In this document: one piece after another, positions 52,203-63,748 of the stretch | Numbering within the stretch: the stretch's first letter is position 1 | Layout: each line of letters starts with the position of its first letter | Origin: an uncultured Pseudomonadota bacterium | GTDB lineage: Bacteria > Oederibacteriota > Muellerivitia > Muellerivitales > Muellerivitaceae | Assembly (NCBI GenBank): GCA_963843375.1 | Contig: CAWJKT010000006.1 | Coordinates: 128,001 to 192,000 of the forward strand | Direction of reading: 5' to 3' | DNA: 64,000 nt | Notes under the pieces: model-generated | Seen by the model: the letters and a program-made list of their open reading frames with translations, nothing else | The model's database searches: none | Told to the model about the DNA's origin: nothing | Position numbers and translations under genes: made by a program

Positions 52203-53545
52203 TTCTCGAATCCCTCGAGCATCTTTTCCAACCTCATTCCCCGGGAAGCTTTCAGCAAAACCGCGTCTCCGCGCTGGGTGGAACGGCGAAGAAAAGCCCT
52301 GGCGTCCTGAATATTTTCAAAGGCCCGGGCTTTGGATTGCTGCGTTTCGGTTAAGGCCTGGAAGGCCTTCTTCATTCGCTGTCCTACCAAAAGAACTTGA
52401 TCCACCGAGCTTTCCACCGCCCTTTTCACGATGCGGAAATGGGTTTCAGGGGAGAATTCCCCCAGTTCCAGCATGTCGCCCAGCACCGCCCATTTGCGTT
52501 CAGGCCCCTTCATTTGGTCAAAGGTGACCAGGGCCGCTTCCATGGAGGTCGGCGAGGCGTTGTAAGCGTCATTGATGAATAAAATTCCCTTCAAGTTTTT
52601 AATCTCCATTCGCATAGGCGCCCGGGACACGAAGGACCTCAGGCGGGTCGCCAAAGTCTTCAAGGGGATTCCCAATGCCAGCCCGGCGGAAACCGCCGCG
52701 GTTGAATTGCGGACATTGTGGGCCCCGGGCATGGATAGCCGGGTTTGAGCCGACTGGCCATCCGCTTGCAGTTCAAAACGAGTGCCCAAACCGTCGGCTT
52801 CCAGGTGAACGGCCCGAACCTGGCCCAGCTTCAATCCGAAAGTCATCACATTCTCGACATTAGTCCTCAACAAGGTGTCGTCCGCGTTCAAGATATTGAT
52901 TCCTCCCTTTCTTAAATGAGCCGCAATCTTCTTTTTTTCCTCCGCCAAATGCCGGGGGCTTCTGAAAAAACCCAAATGGGCTTCCCCGACGGCTGTCACC
53001 AGGGCCAGGTCGGGCCGGGCGATTTCCGAGAGATTTTCCATTTCCCCCGGATGGTTGATGCCCAGCTCCACTACCGCGACTTCATGCTCCTTCTTTAATC
53101 CCAACAGGGTTAAAGGCAGCCCCCATTGGTTGTTCAAATTTCCCTGGGTCTTCAGGACCCGAAAGGTTCCGCTTAATAAATGGGCGGCCATGTCCTTCAC
53201 CGTGGTCTTTCCCACGCTTCCGGTCACCGCCACCACCGGCCCGTTCCATTGAAGCCTTTGAGCCCTCCCCAATTGGCCCAAGGCTTCCGTCGTATCCCTC
53301 ACCAGAATCTGCGGCATCCCTCCCGGCACCTTCTTTGAAACAACCGCCGCCTTGGCGCCCTTCAGCGCCGCCTGCCTTAAAAACCGGTGGCCGTCCAACC
53401 GGACCCCCACGATGGCCACGAAAAGGTCGCCCCGCATTACGTTCCGGGTATCGTGGCGCACACCCAAAATCTTCTGCTCACCGTCCCCTTGGATGAGCCG
53501 GCCGTTGACGAGGGCCGCGGCCTCCCTCAAACTCCATGGCAACAT
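52199..53545 (-). CDS. murF: UDP-MurNAc-tripeptide-D-Ala-D-Ala ligase
   Basis: TGSVGKTTVK, INDAYNASP, LGDMLELG, LKASRG. Confidence 0.96.
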   Translation of the reverse strand: MLPWSLREAAALVNGRLIQGDGEQKILGVRHDTRNVMRGDLFVAIVGVRLDGHRFLRQAALKGAKAAVVSKKVPGGMPQILVRDTTEALGQLGRAQRLQWNGPVVAVTGSVGKTTVKDMAAHLLSGTFRVLKTQGNLNNQWGLPLTLLGLKKEHEVAVVELGINHPGEMENLSEIARPDLALVTAVGEAHLGFFRSPRHLAEEKKKIAAHLRKGGINILNADDTLLRTNVENVMTFGLKLGQVRAVHLEADGLGTRFELQADGQSAQTRLSMPGAHNVRNSTAAVSAGLALGIPLKTLATRLRSFVSRAPMRMEIKNLKGILFINDAYNASPTSMEAALVTFDQMKGPERKWAVLGDMLELGEFSPETHFRIVKRAVESSVDQVLLVGQRMKKAFQALTETQQSKARAFENIQDARAFLRRSTQRGDAVLLKASRGMRLEKMLEGFEK

Positions 53546-55026
53546 TAATGAGTCTTCTTCATCTTCTTCAGAAGCTCCCGGCTCACTTCCCGGTCGTCGA
53601 AATGCTCTTTCTTATCCCCTATCACCTGATAGGTTTCATGGCCCTTGCCCGCAATCAAAACCAAGTCCCCCTTGTTCGCCATGGAAAGGGCCAGCCTTAT
53701 GGCCTCGGCCCTTTGTTCTTCCACCCAAACGCGGCGATGCCCGTTTTGCCTTAAGGGGTGGGGTATGCCTCTGAGAATGTCTTCCAATATGCTCTCGGGT
53801 TTTTCAGTGCGGGGATTGTCGGAGGTGACGACCGTCATGTCGGCTAGCTGGGATGAGATTTTCCCCATGAGGGGCCTTTTGGTGCGGTCCCGGTCCCCGC
53901 CGCATCCGAAAACCGAGATCAACTTGTGATGGCTTTTCTTTCCCAAAATTTCCCGGGAAGCCACCAGGGCCTGTTTCAGGGCATCGGGCGTATGGGCGTA
54001 ATCCACCAGCACGGTGAAATCCTGCCCCGCCGTCACTTTCTCGAACCGGCCCGGAACCGCCGGAGCGTGCTTGAGTCCGTCTTGAAGCGTTTCCCACGAG
54101 AGGCCCAATTCCCTTAACACCGAGATGGCCGCCAGGGAGTTGTAGATATTAAAAATCCCGGTCAGAGGAGCCTGGAAAAAATGGCCTTGGACTTCAAACC
54201 CGATATAACCCGGCCGGTGTTCGACCTTCAGCGCTTGATAAGCGCATTTGGCCTTAAGGCCGTAACCAACAGCTTTGGATTTGAGTTCACCCAATAGTTT
54301 TTGGCCATAAACATCGTCCGCGTTAACGGCCCGGGCATTGACGCTTGGAAACTCGGCAAACAAACGGCGCTTGGCGCGGAAGTAATTAGTGAAATTCTTG
54401 TGATAGTCCAGATGGTCACGGCCCAAATTGGTGAAAACCGCGCCCTTAAAGTCGATTCCCAAAACCCTTTTCATTTCCAAAGCGTGGGAAGAGACTTCCA
54501 TCACGCACCACTTGCATTTTTGGCGGAACATCTCATCGAGCAATTTCACGATCACCAGCGAGGAAGGCGTGGTGTTGTTCGCCTCGTATTGTTTATTCCC
54601 AATCTGATAGGCAATCGTGCCGATGAGACCCGCGGGCTGTCCCGCTCTTTCCAAGATGGAGCGGATAAGATAGGTCGTGGTTGTTTTTCCCTTGGTGCCG
54701 GTCACCCCGATCACTTTCACTTTTTTGGAAGGATCTCCATAATAAAGATGCGCCAATCGCGCCAGGGCTTCCCGGCTGTCCTTGACCACCAGTTGAGGCA
54801 GAGCCAACCCCTTCAACGGCTTTTCCTGCGCCACGACCGCCAGGGCGCCCAATGCCCTCGCTTCCTCGGCGTAAACGCGGCCATTCACCTTGGCTCCGGG
54901 GATACAGACAAAAAGATCTCCGGCGCGAGTTTGCTTCGAGTTCTCCGAAATCCCCGACAAATCCGGGTTTCCTTTACCCACCACCCTCACGCCTTTCATC
55001 TTGCGAGCCAGGGAAAGTAATTTCAC
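53545..55026 (-). CDS. murE: UDP-MurNAc-dipeptide-meso-DAP ligase
   Basis: TGTKGKTTT, MEVSSH, DYAHTPD, SDNPR, AGKGHE. Confidence 0.97.
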   Translation of the reverse strand: MKLLSLARKMKGVRVVGKGNPDLSGISENSKQTRAGDLFVCIPGAKVNGRVYAEEARALGALAVVAQEKPLKGLALPQLVVKDSREALARLAHLYYGDPSKKVKVIGVTGTKGKTTTTYLIRSILERAGQPAGLIGTIAYQIGNKQYEANNTTPSSLVIVKLLDEMFRQKCKWCVMEVSSHALEMKRVLGIDFKGAVFTNLGRDHLDYHKNFTNYFRAKRRLFAEFPSVNARAVNADDVYGQKLLGELKSKAVGYGLKAKCAYQALKVEHRPGYIGFEVQGHFFQAPLTGIFNIYNSLAAISVLRELGLSWETLQDGLKHAPAVPGRFEKVTAGQDFTVLVDYAHTPDALKQALVASREILGKKSHHKLISVFGCGGDRDRTKRPLMGKISSQLADMTVVTSDNPRTEKPESILEDILRGIPHPLRQNGHRRVWVEEQRAEAIRLALSMANKGDLVLIAGKGHETYQVIGDKKEHFDDREVSRELLKKMKKTH

Positions 55027-57164
55027 GAGTTCCCTCCCATGTCCGCCGATTCGGCTTTAGCCACGGGCACTTCACAGTTCAAGTCACAAGGCGTATTGTT
55101 CGCGATGGCGCGTCCCGCGTTGGGGAATTGGCTTCTCACCACGCCTTCGCCTTTAAAATTAACCCGGACTCCCAATGGAGCTAAAAGAGCCAGGGCTTGG
55201 CGCTTGGTCTTTCCCCTTAAATCCGGCATCAAGCCGGCGGTGGGGTTGTATTCGGGCTCGCCTAAAGTGAGCAGGATGGTGGATTGCTGCCGGGGGTCGG
55301 TGGAAAGCGAAGTTCCAGACGGCTGGGATTGGGCCACTACCCTTTGTCCTTTTCCGCTGAACTTGACATTGAGATGGTCGTTTTGCGCCAGCCATTTGCA
55401 CTGGGATGGCGTGAGTCCCGCGAATGAAGGAACCGAATGTTGATTTCCAACCGGGGCGTTCAGCACCGTTGGATCGTTCCCCGGGACCATGTCATAAACC
55501 AGCGCCCTTTTGGCCACTTCCTTGAAAACCGGCCCGGCCGTGTAGCCGCCCCAATAAATTCCGCGCGGATCATCCAGCGAGACATAAATGACAAACTTGG
55601 GGTTTTGAGCCGGGACAAACCCGATAAAAGAGGAAACGTAGTTGTATTTGGAGTAATGGCCGTTCATGAATTTGTAAGCCGTGCCTGTCTTGCCCGCGAT
55701 GTCATAGGAAGGCAGCGCCACTGCCGTGCCCGTTCCTTTTTCCACAACCCACTTCATCATTTCCGTCATGCGCTTGGAGGTTTTAACCGAACATACCCTG
55801 CGGATTTTCTTGGGGCCGAATTCCTTGACGATCCTTCCGTCCGCGGTCTCCAGCGCCTTCACCAAGTAAGGGCGCATCATGACCCCGTTATTGGCGATGG
55901 CTGCGTAAGCGTCCAGCATCTGGATCGGTGTCGTGGAAACCTCATAACCATAGGGAATGGAAGTAAGGGAAAGACCGCTCCACTTGTCCAGGGGCCGCAA
56001 TTTCCCCGGGGATTCCCCCGGAAGATCGATGCCGGTTAAATCCCCGATTCCAAATTTTTTGGCGTAATGATAAAGATTCTCTTTTCCCAACTTCATGCTG
56101 ACCTTGACCATTCCGATATTGCTGGAATAACCGAAGACCTCGCGAAAAGTAAGCCAGCCAAACTTCTCGTGATCCGTCACCACACGGCCATAATCGGTGT
56201 GGTACTCGCCGTTTTCGCAAAAAAACTTGTCATCTTCGCTGACCACTCCCTCTTCCAGGGCGCCCACGGCCGCGATCAGCTTGAAGGTGCTACCGGGCTC
56301 GAACTCGTCGTTCACCACTCGGTCACGCCAATATTCCTTGGGAGAATCGGAGAAATGGTTGGGATCGTAATTGGGATAGTTGGCGAGGGCCAGTATTTCG
56401 CCCGTCAGGGGGTTCATCACCACTATGGAAGCGGCTTTACAGCGGTACTTGTCAAAAGCCTTCTCCAGTTCCACCTGGGCGATATGTTGAATCGTCTTGT
56501 CCAGTGTCGTCACGATGTTGAGCCCGTCCACATTAGCCATCACCGATTTGTTGTCGGCCAAGACCACCCGTCCCCGGGCGTCCCGCTCGGTGAGAATGAG
56601 CCCTTTTTTCCCCGTGAGGGCGGACTCGTAATAACGCTCCAACCCATCCAAACCCTGGTCGTCGATCCCGGTAAAACCCAAAACATGGGCGGCCATCTCA
56701 TGGTCGGGATAAAAACGGCGCTGTTCCCGGGTGGCTTCAATACCTTCCAGTTTCATGCCTTCCACCGCGTCGGAACGCTCATAGGGCACCTGGCGGGCCA
56801 CCCAAACAAAGGGCTTGTCGCCCGAAATCTTGTAAAGCATCTCCCCGTAAGGCAACCCCAAAGCATGGGATAGGGCCGCGGCCGTATTGGCCTTGTCGGT
56901 GATTTGATTGGGATGAGCGCAGACATTGAACAGCCCGATATTCATCGCCAGCGCGTCTCCGGAGCGGTCCTCGATCATCCCGCGCGAGGGAGTGGTTTCC
57001 TTGGGGGTGTATTGCTGGTGATAGGCCAATTGGCGGAATTCGGTGTGTTTGAAAACCTGAAGGTAAACCAGTCTTCCTTCCACGCAAAGGATGGAGAATA
57101 AAAGAACCGACTCCAACAGGAGGATCCTCTTTTGCATTTGGGTGTAATACCTAAGCGCGCTCAT
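55023..57164 (-). CDS. ftsI: Class B PBP FtsI with two PASTA domains
   Basis: EPGSTFK, SSN, GKTGT; two C-terminal PASTA repeats. Confidence 0.93.
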   Translation of the reverse strand: MSALRYYTQMQKRILLLESVLLFSILCVEGRLVYLQVFKHTEFRQLAYHQQYTPKETTPSRGMIEDRSGDALAMNIGLFNVCAHPNQITDKANTAAALSHALGLPYGEMLYKISGDKPFVWVARQVPYERSDAVEGMKLEGIEATREQRRFYPDHEMAAHVLGFTGIDDQGLDGLERYYESALTGKKGLILTERDARGRVVLADNKSVMANVDGLNIVTTLDKTIQHIAQVELEKAFDKYRCKAASIVVMNPLTGEILALANYPNYDPNHFSDSPKEYWRDRVVNDEFEPGSTFKLIAAVGALEEGVVSEDDKFFCENGEYHTDYGRVVTDHEKFGWLTFREVFGYSSNIGMVKVSMKLGKENLYHYAKKFGIGDLTGIDLPGESPGKLRPLDKWSGLSLTSIPYGYEVSTTPIQMLDAYAAIANNGVMMRPYLVKALETADGRIVKEFGPKKIRRVCSVKTSKRMTEMMKWVVEKGTGTAVALPSYDIAGKTGTAYKFMNGHYSKYNYVSSFIGFVPAQNPKFVIYVSLDDPRGIYWGGYTAGPVFKEVAKRALVYDMVPGNDPTVLNAPVGNQHSVPSFAGLTPSQCKWLAQNDHLNVKFSGKGQRVVAQSQPSGTSLSTDPRQQSTILLTLGEPEYNPTAGLMPDLRGKTKRQALALLAPLGVRVNFKGEGVVRSQFPNAGRAIANNTPCDLNCEVPVAKAESADMGGNS

Positions 57165-57601
57165 GGTTTGTCCACCTTCTTCATGGCCGCGGCCCAAAAA
57201 GTAAACCACTTCGGATAATAATCCGGCTCCTCATCCAAGATGACGATTTGATCCGATCGGGGCGTCACCATCCCCAATTGTTCCCTCGCTATTTTTTCAA
57301 CCCTGGAGAGGCTGTTGACTTCATGCATCTGGTACTTCAAGTAGTAATATTGGTTGGTCAATTGTTGCTTCTGGGTTTTCAAGCTTTGGACCTCATAACT
57401 GAGCTTGACCACCTGCATGTGCTGCCAAACGTAAAAAAAAAGGAACAAGCTCAAGACCAAAACGCCCCAAAAGGTTCCCTTGAAATCCTTTCGCTGGACG
57501 GCTTTCGCCAGGTTGCCCCGCCAGAAAAGGTCGGCGTTAAGGGCTTCGCCGGCGGTTGAGAAAATTTGTTCCTTCATGGAAGCGGCTTCGGTTGTTCTCA
57601 A
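57161..57601 (-). CDS. ftsL: Cell division protein FtsL
   Basis: TM, coiled coil, RVEKIAREQLGM..P; lies between rsmH and ftsI. Confidence 0.85.
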   Translation of the reverse strand: MRTTEAASMKEQIFSTAGEALNADLFWRGNLAKAVQRKDFKGTFWGVLVLSLFLFFYVWQHMQVVKLSYEVQSLKTQKQQLTNQYYYLKYQMHEVNSLSRVEKIAREQLGMVTPRSDQIVILDEEPDYYPKWFTFWAAAMKKVDKP

Positions 57602-58578
57602 GCCGCCCCCTCCATACGAAGTTTTTCAGCCGCGCGCAGCTTGGCACTGCGCGCCCGGGAATTTTGATCCAATTCCGCCTGGGAAGCCGTCACGGGTTTA
57701 GGCGTGAGAATTCGAAGCGAAGCCTTGTGGCCGCAGACACATTGGGGGATTTCAGGAGGGCACAGACAGTCGGTCGCCTCCGTTTTGAAGAATTGTTTGA
57801 CGATGCGGTCTTCCAGGGAATGGAAAGTGATGACCGCGATCCGGCCGCCGGGCTTGAGCACTCCGAGCGACGTTTTCAGGCCTTTTTCCAGTATTTCCAG
57901 TTCACGGTTGACTTCAATACGAATGGCTTGGAAAAGCCGCGTAGCGGGGTGCCTGGAGGACGTCCCTTTTTTATGCCGGGGCTTCGCGCAGACACGCTTG
58001 GCGAGATCAGCTAATTCGCTCGTGTTTTCAATCGGCTTTTGAGATCTCGCCTTCACGATGGCCCGGGCTAAAGCGCGCGCCTTGGGCTCTTCGCCGTATT
58101 CAAAAATGATTTTGGAGAGTTTTTCTTCCGTATAGGTGTTGATGACCCAAGCCGCCGTATGGCCGCTGGTCGTGTCCATGCGCATGTCCAAAGGCCCTTC
58201 CTGGTTGAAGGAAAAGCCGCGGTGCGCCGAATCCAATTGAAGTGAGGATACGCCGATATCCATCAACACGCTGTCAACCTCGCTGATCGAGAGATCTTTG
58301 AGCACCCACAGGAGGTCGGCGAAGTTGGCCTTGAACAGGGAGACCCGGGGGTCTTTCCTGAGTGCTAGGCCTGCGTGTTGAAGGGCATCGACATCCTGGT
58401 CCAACCCAACCAAGCGGCCCCTCGGCAGGAGTTTTAACAATTCCTGGGAGTGACCGCCCATCCCGACCGTGAGATCCAAAACAACCCCGTCGGGAGGGGG
58501 GGACAACAACTCCACCGCTTCTTTTAACAGAACCGGTAAGTGGACTTGATCAGCTGTCAAAACGGGCGACGGCTTCAT
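57598..58578 (-). CDS. rsmH: 16S rRNA m4C1402 methyltransferase
   Basis: HLPVLL, GMGGHS, DIGVSS.QLD, PLDMRM, FQAIRIEVN, FHSLEDR. Confidence 0.97.
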   Translation of the reverse strand: MKPSPVLTADQVHLPVLLKEAVELLSPPPDGVVLDLTVGMGGHSQELLKLLPRGRLVGLDQDVDALQHAGLALRKDPRVSLFKANFADLLWVLKDLSISEVDSVLMDIGVSSLQLDSAHRGFSFNQEGPLDMRMDTTSGHTAAWVINTYTEEKLSKIIFEYGEEPKARALARAIVKARSQKPIENTSELADLAKRVCAKPRHKKGTSSRHPATRLFQAIRIEVNRELEILEKGLKTSLGVLKPGGRIAVITFHSLEDRIVKQFFKTEATDCLCPPEIPQCVCGHKASLRILTPKPVTASQAELDQNSRARSAKLRAAEKLRMEGAA

Positions 58579-58885
58579 CCTCGTCAAAAACCACGTCAAA
58601 GTTGGAATAGGCTCCGACCAACTTGAAGAGGTTCGCGACATAAGGAATGAGACCGACCAACTTGATTTCCCCGCCCAGGGCTTTAAAGCGTTGATTCCTT
58701 TCGGCTAACTTCGAAATGGCGTTGAGTGAAACGTGTTTCACTTGGCGGAAGTTTAAGACAACCTTGTTTTTGTTCCCCAAAACTAAATCCGTCATGGAGC
58801 GAAGCACGGCCTCCATATCACCCAGGCCAATATCTCCGCTCAAGCGCAGGACCGTCACGGTTTCTGTCGATGTCGAAACTGCCAT
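58550..58885 (-). CDS. STAS domain protein (anti-sigma antagonist-like)
   Basis: VLRLSGDI...VVLNFRQVKHV...GEIKLVGL...LFKLVG...DEAV. Confidence 0.85.
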   Translation of the reverse strand: MAVSTSTETVTVLRLSGDIGLGDMEAVLRSMTDLVLGNKNKVVLNFRQVKHVSLNAISKLAERNQRFKALGGEIKLVGLIPYVANLFKLVGAYSNFDVVFDEDEAVARFDS

Positions 58886-58942
58886 TTTTATCCTTTTAAA
58901 ATATCTTGCTGCCAAACCCAAACTACCGGCTCTTGACCGGCT

Positions 58943-59296
58943 TTAAGCCACGGCGATTTTGCGGCCGGTTTTTTCCATCATCTCGGCGACGTTCTGGTAG
59001 ATTTCGAAAAGCGTATCCACGCCCATGATTCTAAAAAGATGCATGAGACGGCTGTTCAATCCCACAATCTTCAGATCCCCCCTCTTGAAGCGCACGTGAT
59101 TCCAGTGGTTGACCAGGGCCCCCAACCCCTTGGCGTTCATGAACGAAACGTCGGTCAAATCCAAAACCACCCGCATATAACCCTTTTTCATCAGCATCTC
59201 GATGGCGTTCCCCAGTTTTCCCAGGTCTTCCTCGCTCATATCACCGTTCACATGCACCAGCGAGAATTTTTCTTTTATTTCGATTCCAATTTCCAT
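58943..59296 (-). CDS. STAS domain protein (anti-sigma antagonist-like)
   Basis: VVLDLTDVSFMNAKGLGALV...GDLKIVGL...LFRIMG. Confidence 0.88.
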   Translation of the reverse strand: MEIGIEIKEKFSLVHVNGDMSEEDLGKLGNAIEMLMKKGYMRVVLDLTDVSFMNAKGLGALVNHWNHVRFKRGDLKIVGLNSRLMHLFRIMGVDTLFEIYQNVAEMMEKTGRKIAVA

Positions 59297-59360
59297 CCTT
59301 CAACCTCCAGAAAATCCGTTGACCCAGAGGGACGCCTTTCAGGGTCGTCCACCGGCTCGG

Positions 59361-59819
59361 TTAAAGGTTCAAAGATTGAATGCCCTTGTCAGAGAGCTTT
59401 TGCCCCAAAAGTTCCAATGATTGAGACGTCTGCGCGTGGTAATTTTCATATTTCGCCTTGTCCCAAATCTCCACGCGATGAAGCATGCCCACAATCACCA
59501 CGCTTTTTCCCAGACCCGCCTCTTTTCGCAAAACCGGCGAAATCACGATGCGCCCCTGTTGGTCGATCTCCACTTCGTCAGTAGCCCGAAGAACGGTTCT
59601 TTGAAACTGGCGAACTTCGGCGTTCAGGGTGTCGAGCGAGGAAAGCTTCTCCTCGATTTTTTTCCAAGCGTCCATCGGGTAAAGAAAAAGGCATTGATCA
59701 AACCCCAAGGTCAAAACCAAGGGCGTTTCGTGATCGCTTTTGATCTGTTCACGAAACCGGGCCGGAATGTTCAAGCGGCCCTTGTCGTCGACGGTGTTAT
59801 GAAAAATCCCTCGGAACAC
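59361..59819 (-). CDS. mraZ: Transcriptional regulator MraZ
   Basis: VDDKGRLNIPARFR, IDQQGRI, VEIWD; GTG start with GGAG RBS. Confidence 0.95.
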   Translation of the reverse strand: MFRGIFHNTVDDKGRLNIPARFREQIKSDHETPLVLTLGFDQCLFLYPMDAWKKIEEKLSSLDTLNAEVRQFQRTVLRATDEVEIDQQGRIVISPVLRKEAGLGKSVVIVGMLHRVEIWDKAKYENYHAQTSQSLELLGQKLSDKGIQSLNL

Positions 59820-59915
59820 TTTTTCTCCACTTTCCAAAGAACAATTCCCGGGATTTAAACCCGGGATAATCAACATGGTTTTTGTTGCAGAATAAGGGTT
59901 TTTGGGGGTTTTAAA

Positions 59916-59975
59916 CCACTTTAACCCACTATTCCCCACTTCGAGCCATTATGCTCTACTTTTCTTGTCCGTCAA
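59916..59975 (-). promoter_or_regulatory. dcw promoter and MraZ operator
   Basis: TTGACG-16 nt-CATAAT, followed by three AGTGG(G) direct repeats with a 10-bp period. Confidence 0.8.
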
Positions 59976-60126
59976 GCGATTTTTCTTTTAAAAATGGGGG
60001 ATTTTACATAGGGCCAAAGTGGGGCGATGGGGGTAAACTGCGATTGTTTTAGTGTTTTTTAGAACTTCGGGGACCTTTGGATGAGTCAAAAGACGCAAAA
60101 CACCGCAAAAATAAGGCCATTTTTGA

Positions 60127-60657
60127 GTGGTTTTAACCCTATTGGGAGGCTTAACTGGGTGCGGCCAACCCACCGTCAAAACCCACCCTCTTCCCCAATC
60201 CCTTCCCACTCAAAGGGTGTTCAAAGCCTCAGTTTATAAGGTTCAGAAAGCCATCAGCAAAAGTTTTAAATCCGATCCCGATAATCTTTTTCAGGATCTC
60301 CCTGATTTCCCCCCGGCTTTTTCTCTGTATTGGAAAGGAAGTCACCATCCTGAAGAAATAACGATCTTTAAAAATCCCGTGAACGAAAATGACGTCTATA
60401 TCAGTTGTAATGAAACGCCCATTTGTAAAACAAAAGTTTATACCGATTGGAGGGGAAGGCCTTTAGAGTTTTTGGCGGATTTTCAACTTCATCTCATTCC
60501 CCAGGGCGCGAAAGAAACGCTCGTGAGGATCATTACGGTTCATCCAAAAGTGATGGCGGGAAAAACTCAATTGGACGTCCAGCCGACGACCGCCGAAGAA
60601 AACGAAATACTTAATTCGATCGAAAAAAATTTAAAAACCAAAACCAAAAATTCTTGA
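60127..60657 (+). CDS. Putative lipoprotein; true start possibly ATG 60081 with an indel
   Basis: Hydrophobic stretch and lipobox LTGC. Confidence 0.6.
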   Translation: MVLTLLGGLTGCGQPTVKTHPLPQSLPTQRVFKASVYKVQKAISKSFKSDPDNLFQDLPDFPPAFSLYWKGSHHPEEITIFKNPVNENDVYISCNETPICKTKVYTDWRGRPLEFLADFQLHLIPQGAKETLVRIITVHPKVMAGKTQLDVQPTTAEENEILNSIEKNLKTKTKNS

Positions 60658-60659
60658 TT

Positions 60660-60902
60660 TTATTTTGGAGTGTCGGAAGTGTTGTTTTGGTTGCTGTCGG
60701 AGGTGATCATGGTTCTTCCCATGATCATCAGGAAAAAACAAAAGGCCACAACCATGATCGTCAAAAGAATAAGATTCTTTAGCGGCATTTTAGTCAGGTC
60801 GCGCGTGGATTTCTTGGGCGGCTTGGCCTTGAAATCGTGCCAACAGTTATCGCAAATTTTATCCGACTGACTCATCTTTTGACATTTGGGACAAATAACC
60901 AT
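60660..60902 (-). CDS. Small zinc-ribbon membrane protein
   Basis: CPKC...CDNC then one TM segment; RBS present. Confidence 0.7.
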   Translation of the reverse strand: MVICPKCQKMSQSDKICDNCWHDFKAKPPKKSTRDLTKMPLKNLILLTIMVVAFCFFLMIMGRTMITSDSNQNNTSDTPK

Positions 60903-60918
60903 CCCCGACTCCCTTCCC

Positions 60919-62411
<1,493 letters not shown>

Positions 62412-62524
62412 AAAACCCCTCGAATAATCTTCTTAAACCTGCGGAGCCCAAATCATTCACGCTCGGGCTCTTGGTTTCTCCCAGTCCAAAAATCCCGAAC
62501 TTTTAAACACACTTATCCCCGGAT

Positions 62525-63279
62525 TTAAGAAGGTTTCTTTTCGAAGTCAAAAAGATCTATGTGAAATCCCATCTTGCTCAAGCGAAACAGAAAAGCGATC
62601 CAAAGGCAACCAATGCCATACTTGGTGCTTCGCATGAAATTGATGGAGGAAGCTTCGGGAAAGTATTTGGCCGGACAGGTGATTTCGGCGATTCGAAACC
62701 CCAGGTAATGGATCTGTGAGAGCATCTCATTGTCGAAAATAAAATCATCGGAGTTTTTCTCCATGTGAACGCTGTGAAGCACTTTTCGGGTGAAGGCCCG
62801 GTATCCCGTGTGGTATTCGGACAATTTCGCGCCCATCAAGAGGTTTTGCGCGAGGGTCAAAAAACGGTTGCTGATATATTTATAGAGAGGCATTCCGCCC
62901 TTCAAAGCCTGTCCGCCCAAAATCCTGGAACCCAGCACCACATCATATTCCTCGCTTGCCAGCAAATAAGCCATGGAGGGAATGAGCTTGGGGGTATATT
63001 GGTAATCCGGGTGCAGCATGATGACGATATCTGCCTTGCTTTTTAAGGCCGCGGCATAGCAGGTTTTTTGATTGCCCCCGTACCCCCGGTTTTTGGGGAT
63101 GGACAAAGGTTTTGATCTTCAGCTTTTTCGCCACTTTGGCCGTTTCGTCCGCGCTGGCGTCGTCCACCAGAATGATCTCATCCACGATATCCTGGGGCAC
63201 TTCATCGATAAGTTTTTTTCAAGGTCTTAGCGGCGTTATAAGCCGGCATGACAACCACGATTTTCTTTTTGTGGATCAT
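62525..63279 (-). CDS. GT2 glycosyltransferase (Dpm1-like), frameshifts near 63215 and 63100
   Basis: VMPAYNA, LVDDAS.D, NRGYGGNQK, MLHPDYQY, EYHTGYRA. Confidence 0.9.
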
Positions 63280-63313
63280 TTCAATTTCTCCTGAAAATGT
63301 TTTTCTTATAAAT

Positions 63314-63580
63314 TTAGTTGGAAGACTTCAACATGCGGATGCCAACCAAAAGAACGACCGCCCCCAAGACATAAACCCCAAAAGTCTCCAACCAGCCGTT
63401 AACGGAAAGATGAAAAAAATTGGCGAGAAAACCGCCCAGAAGGGCCCCCAGGATTCCCACGACCATATCGGGAATAATACCCATACCTTTGCCCTGAACC
63501 AGTTTGCTGGCCAGCCATCCGGCGAGAATGCCCACGACTATTATACTGATGAGGCTATGGACGTCTTGAATCGGGGTCAT
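63314..63580 (-). CDS. GlsB/YeaQ/YmgE family membrane protein
   Basis: GILAGWLA...GILGALLGG...LGAVVLL. Confidence 0.88.
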   Translation of the reverse strand: MTPIQDVHSLISIIVVGILAGWLASKLVQGKGMGIIPDMVVGILGALLGGFLANFFHLSVNGWLETFGVYVLGAVVLLVGIRMLKSSN

Positions 63581-63748
63581 AAATTCTCCTTAGGCGATTT
63601 TCATCGCCTTACCCAAAATGACCTGCAATTACTCAAAACCTTTATCCTTGAGAATTTTCACGGACAGTTTATATTTACCTAGAGAGCTTCTTCTCGTTGG
63701 AATATGCTTAACTTATCAAGGATAACGTTAATTTCAATAAGGAATCGT

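Noticed and set aside
59820..59939. N-terminal extension of MraZ in the ORF track
   Set aside because: Overlaps the operator repeats; GTG 59819 has the RBS and gives a typical length
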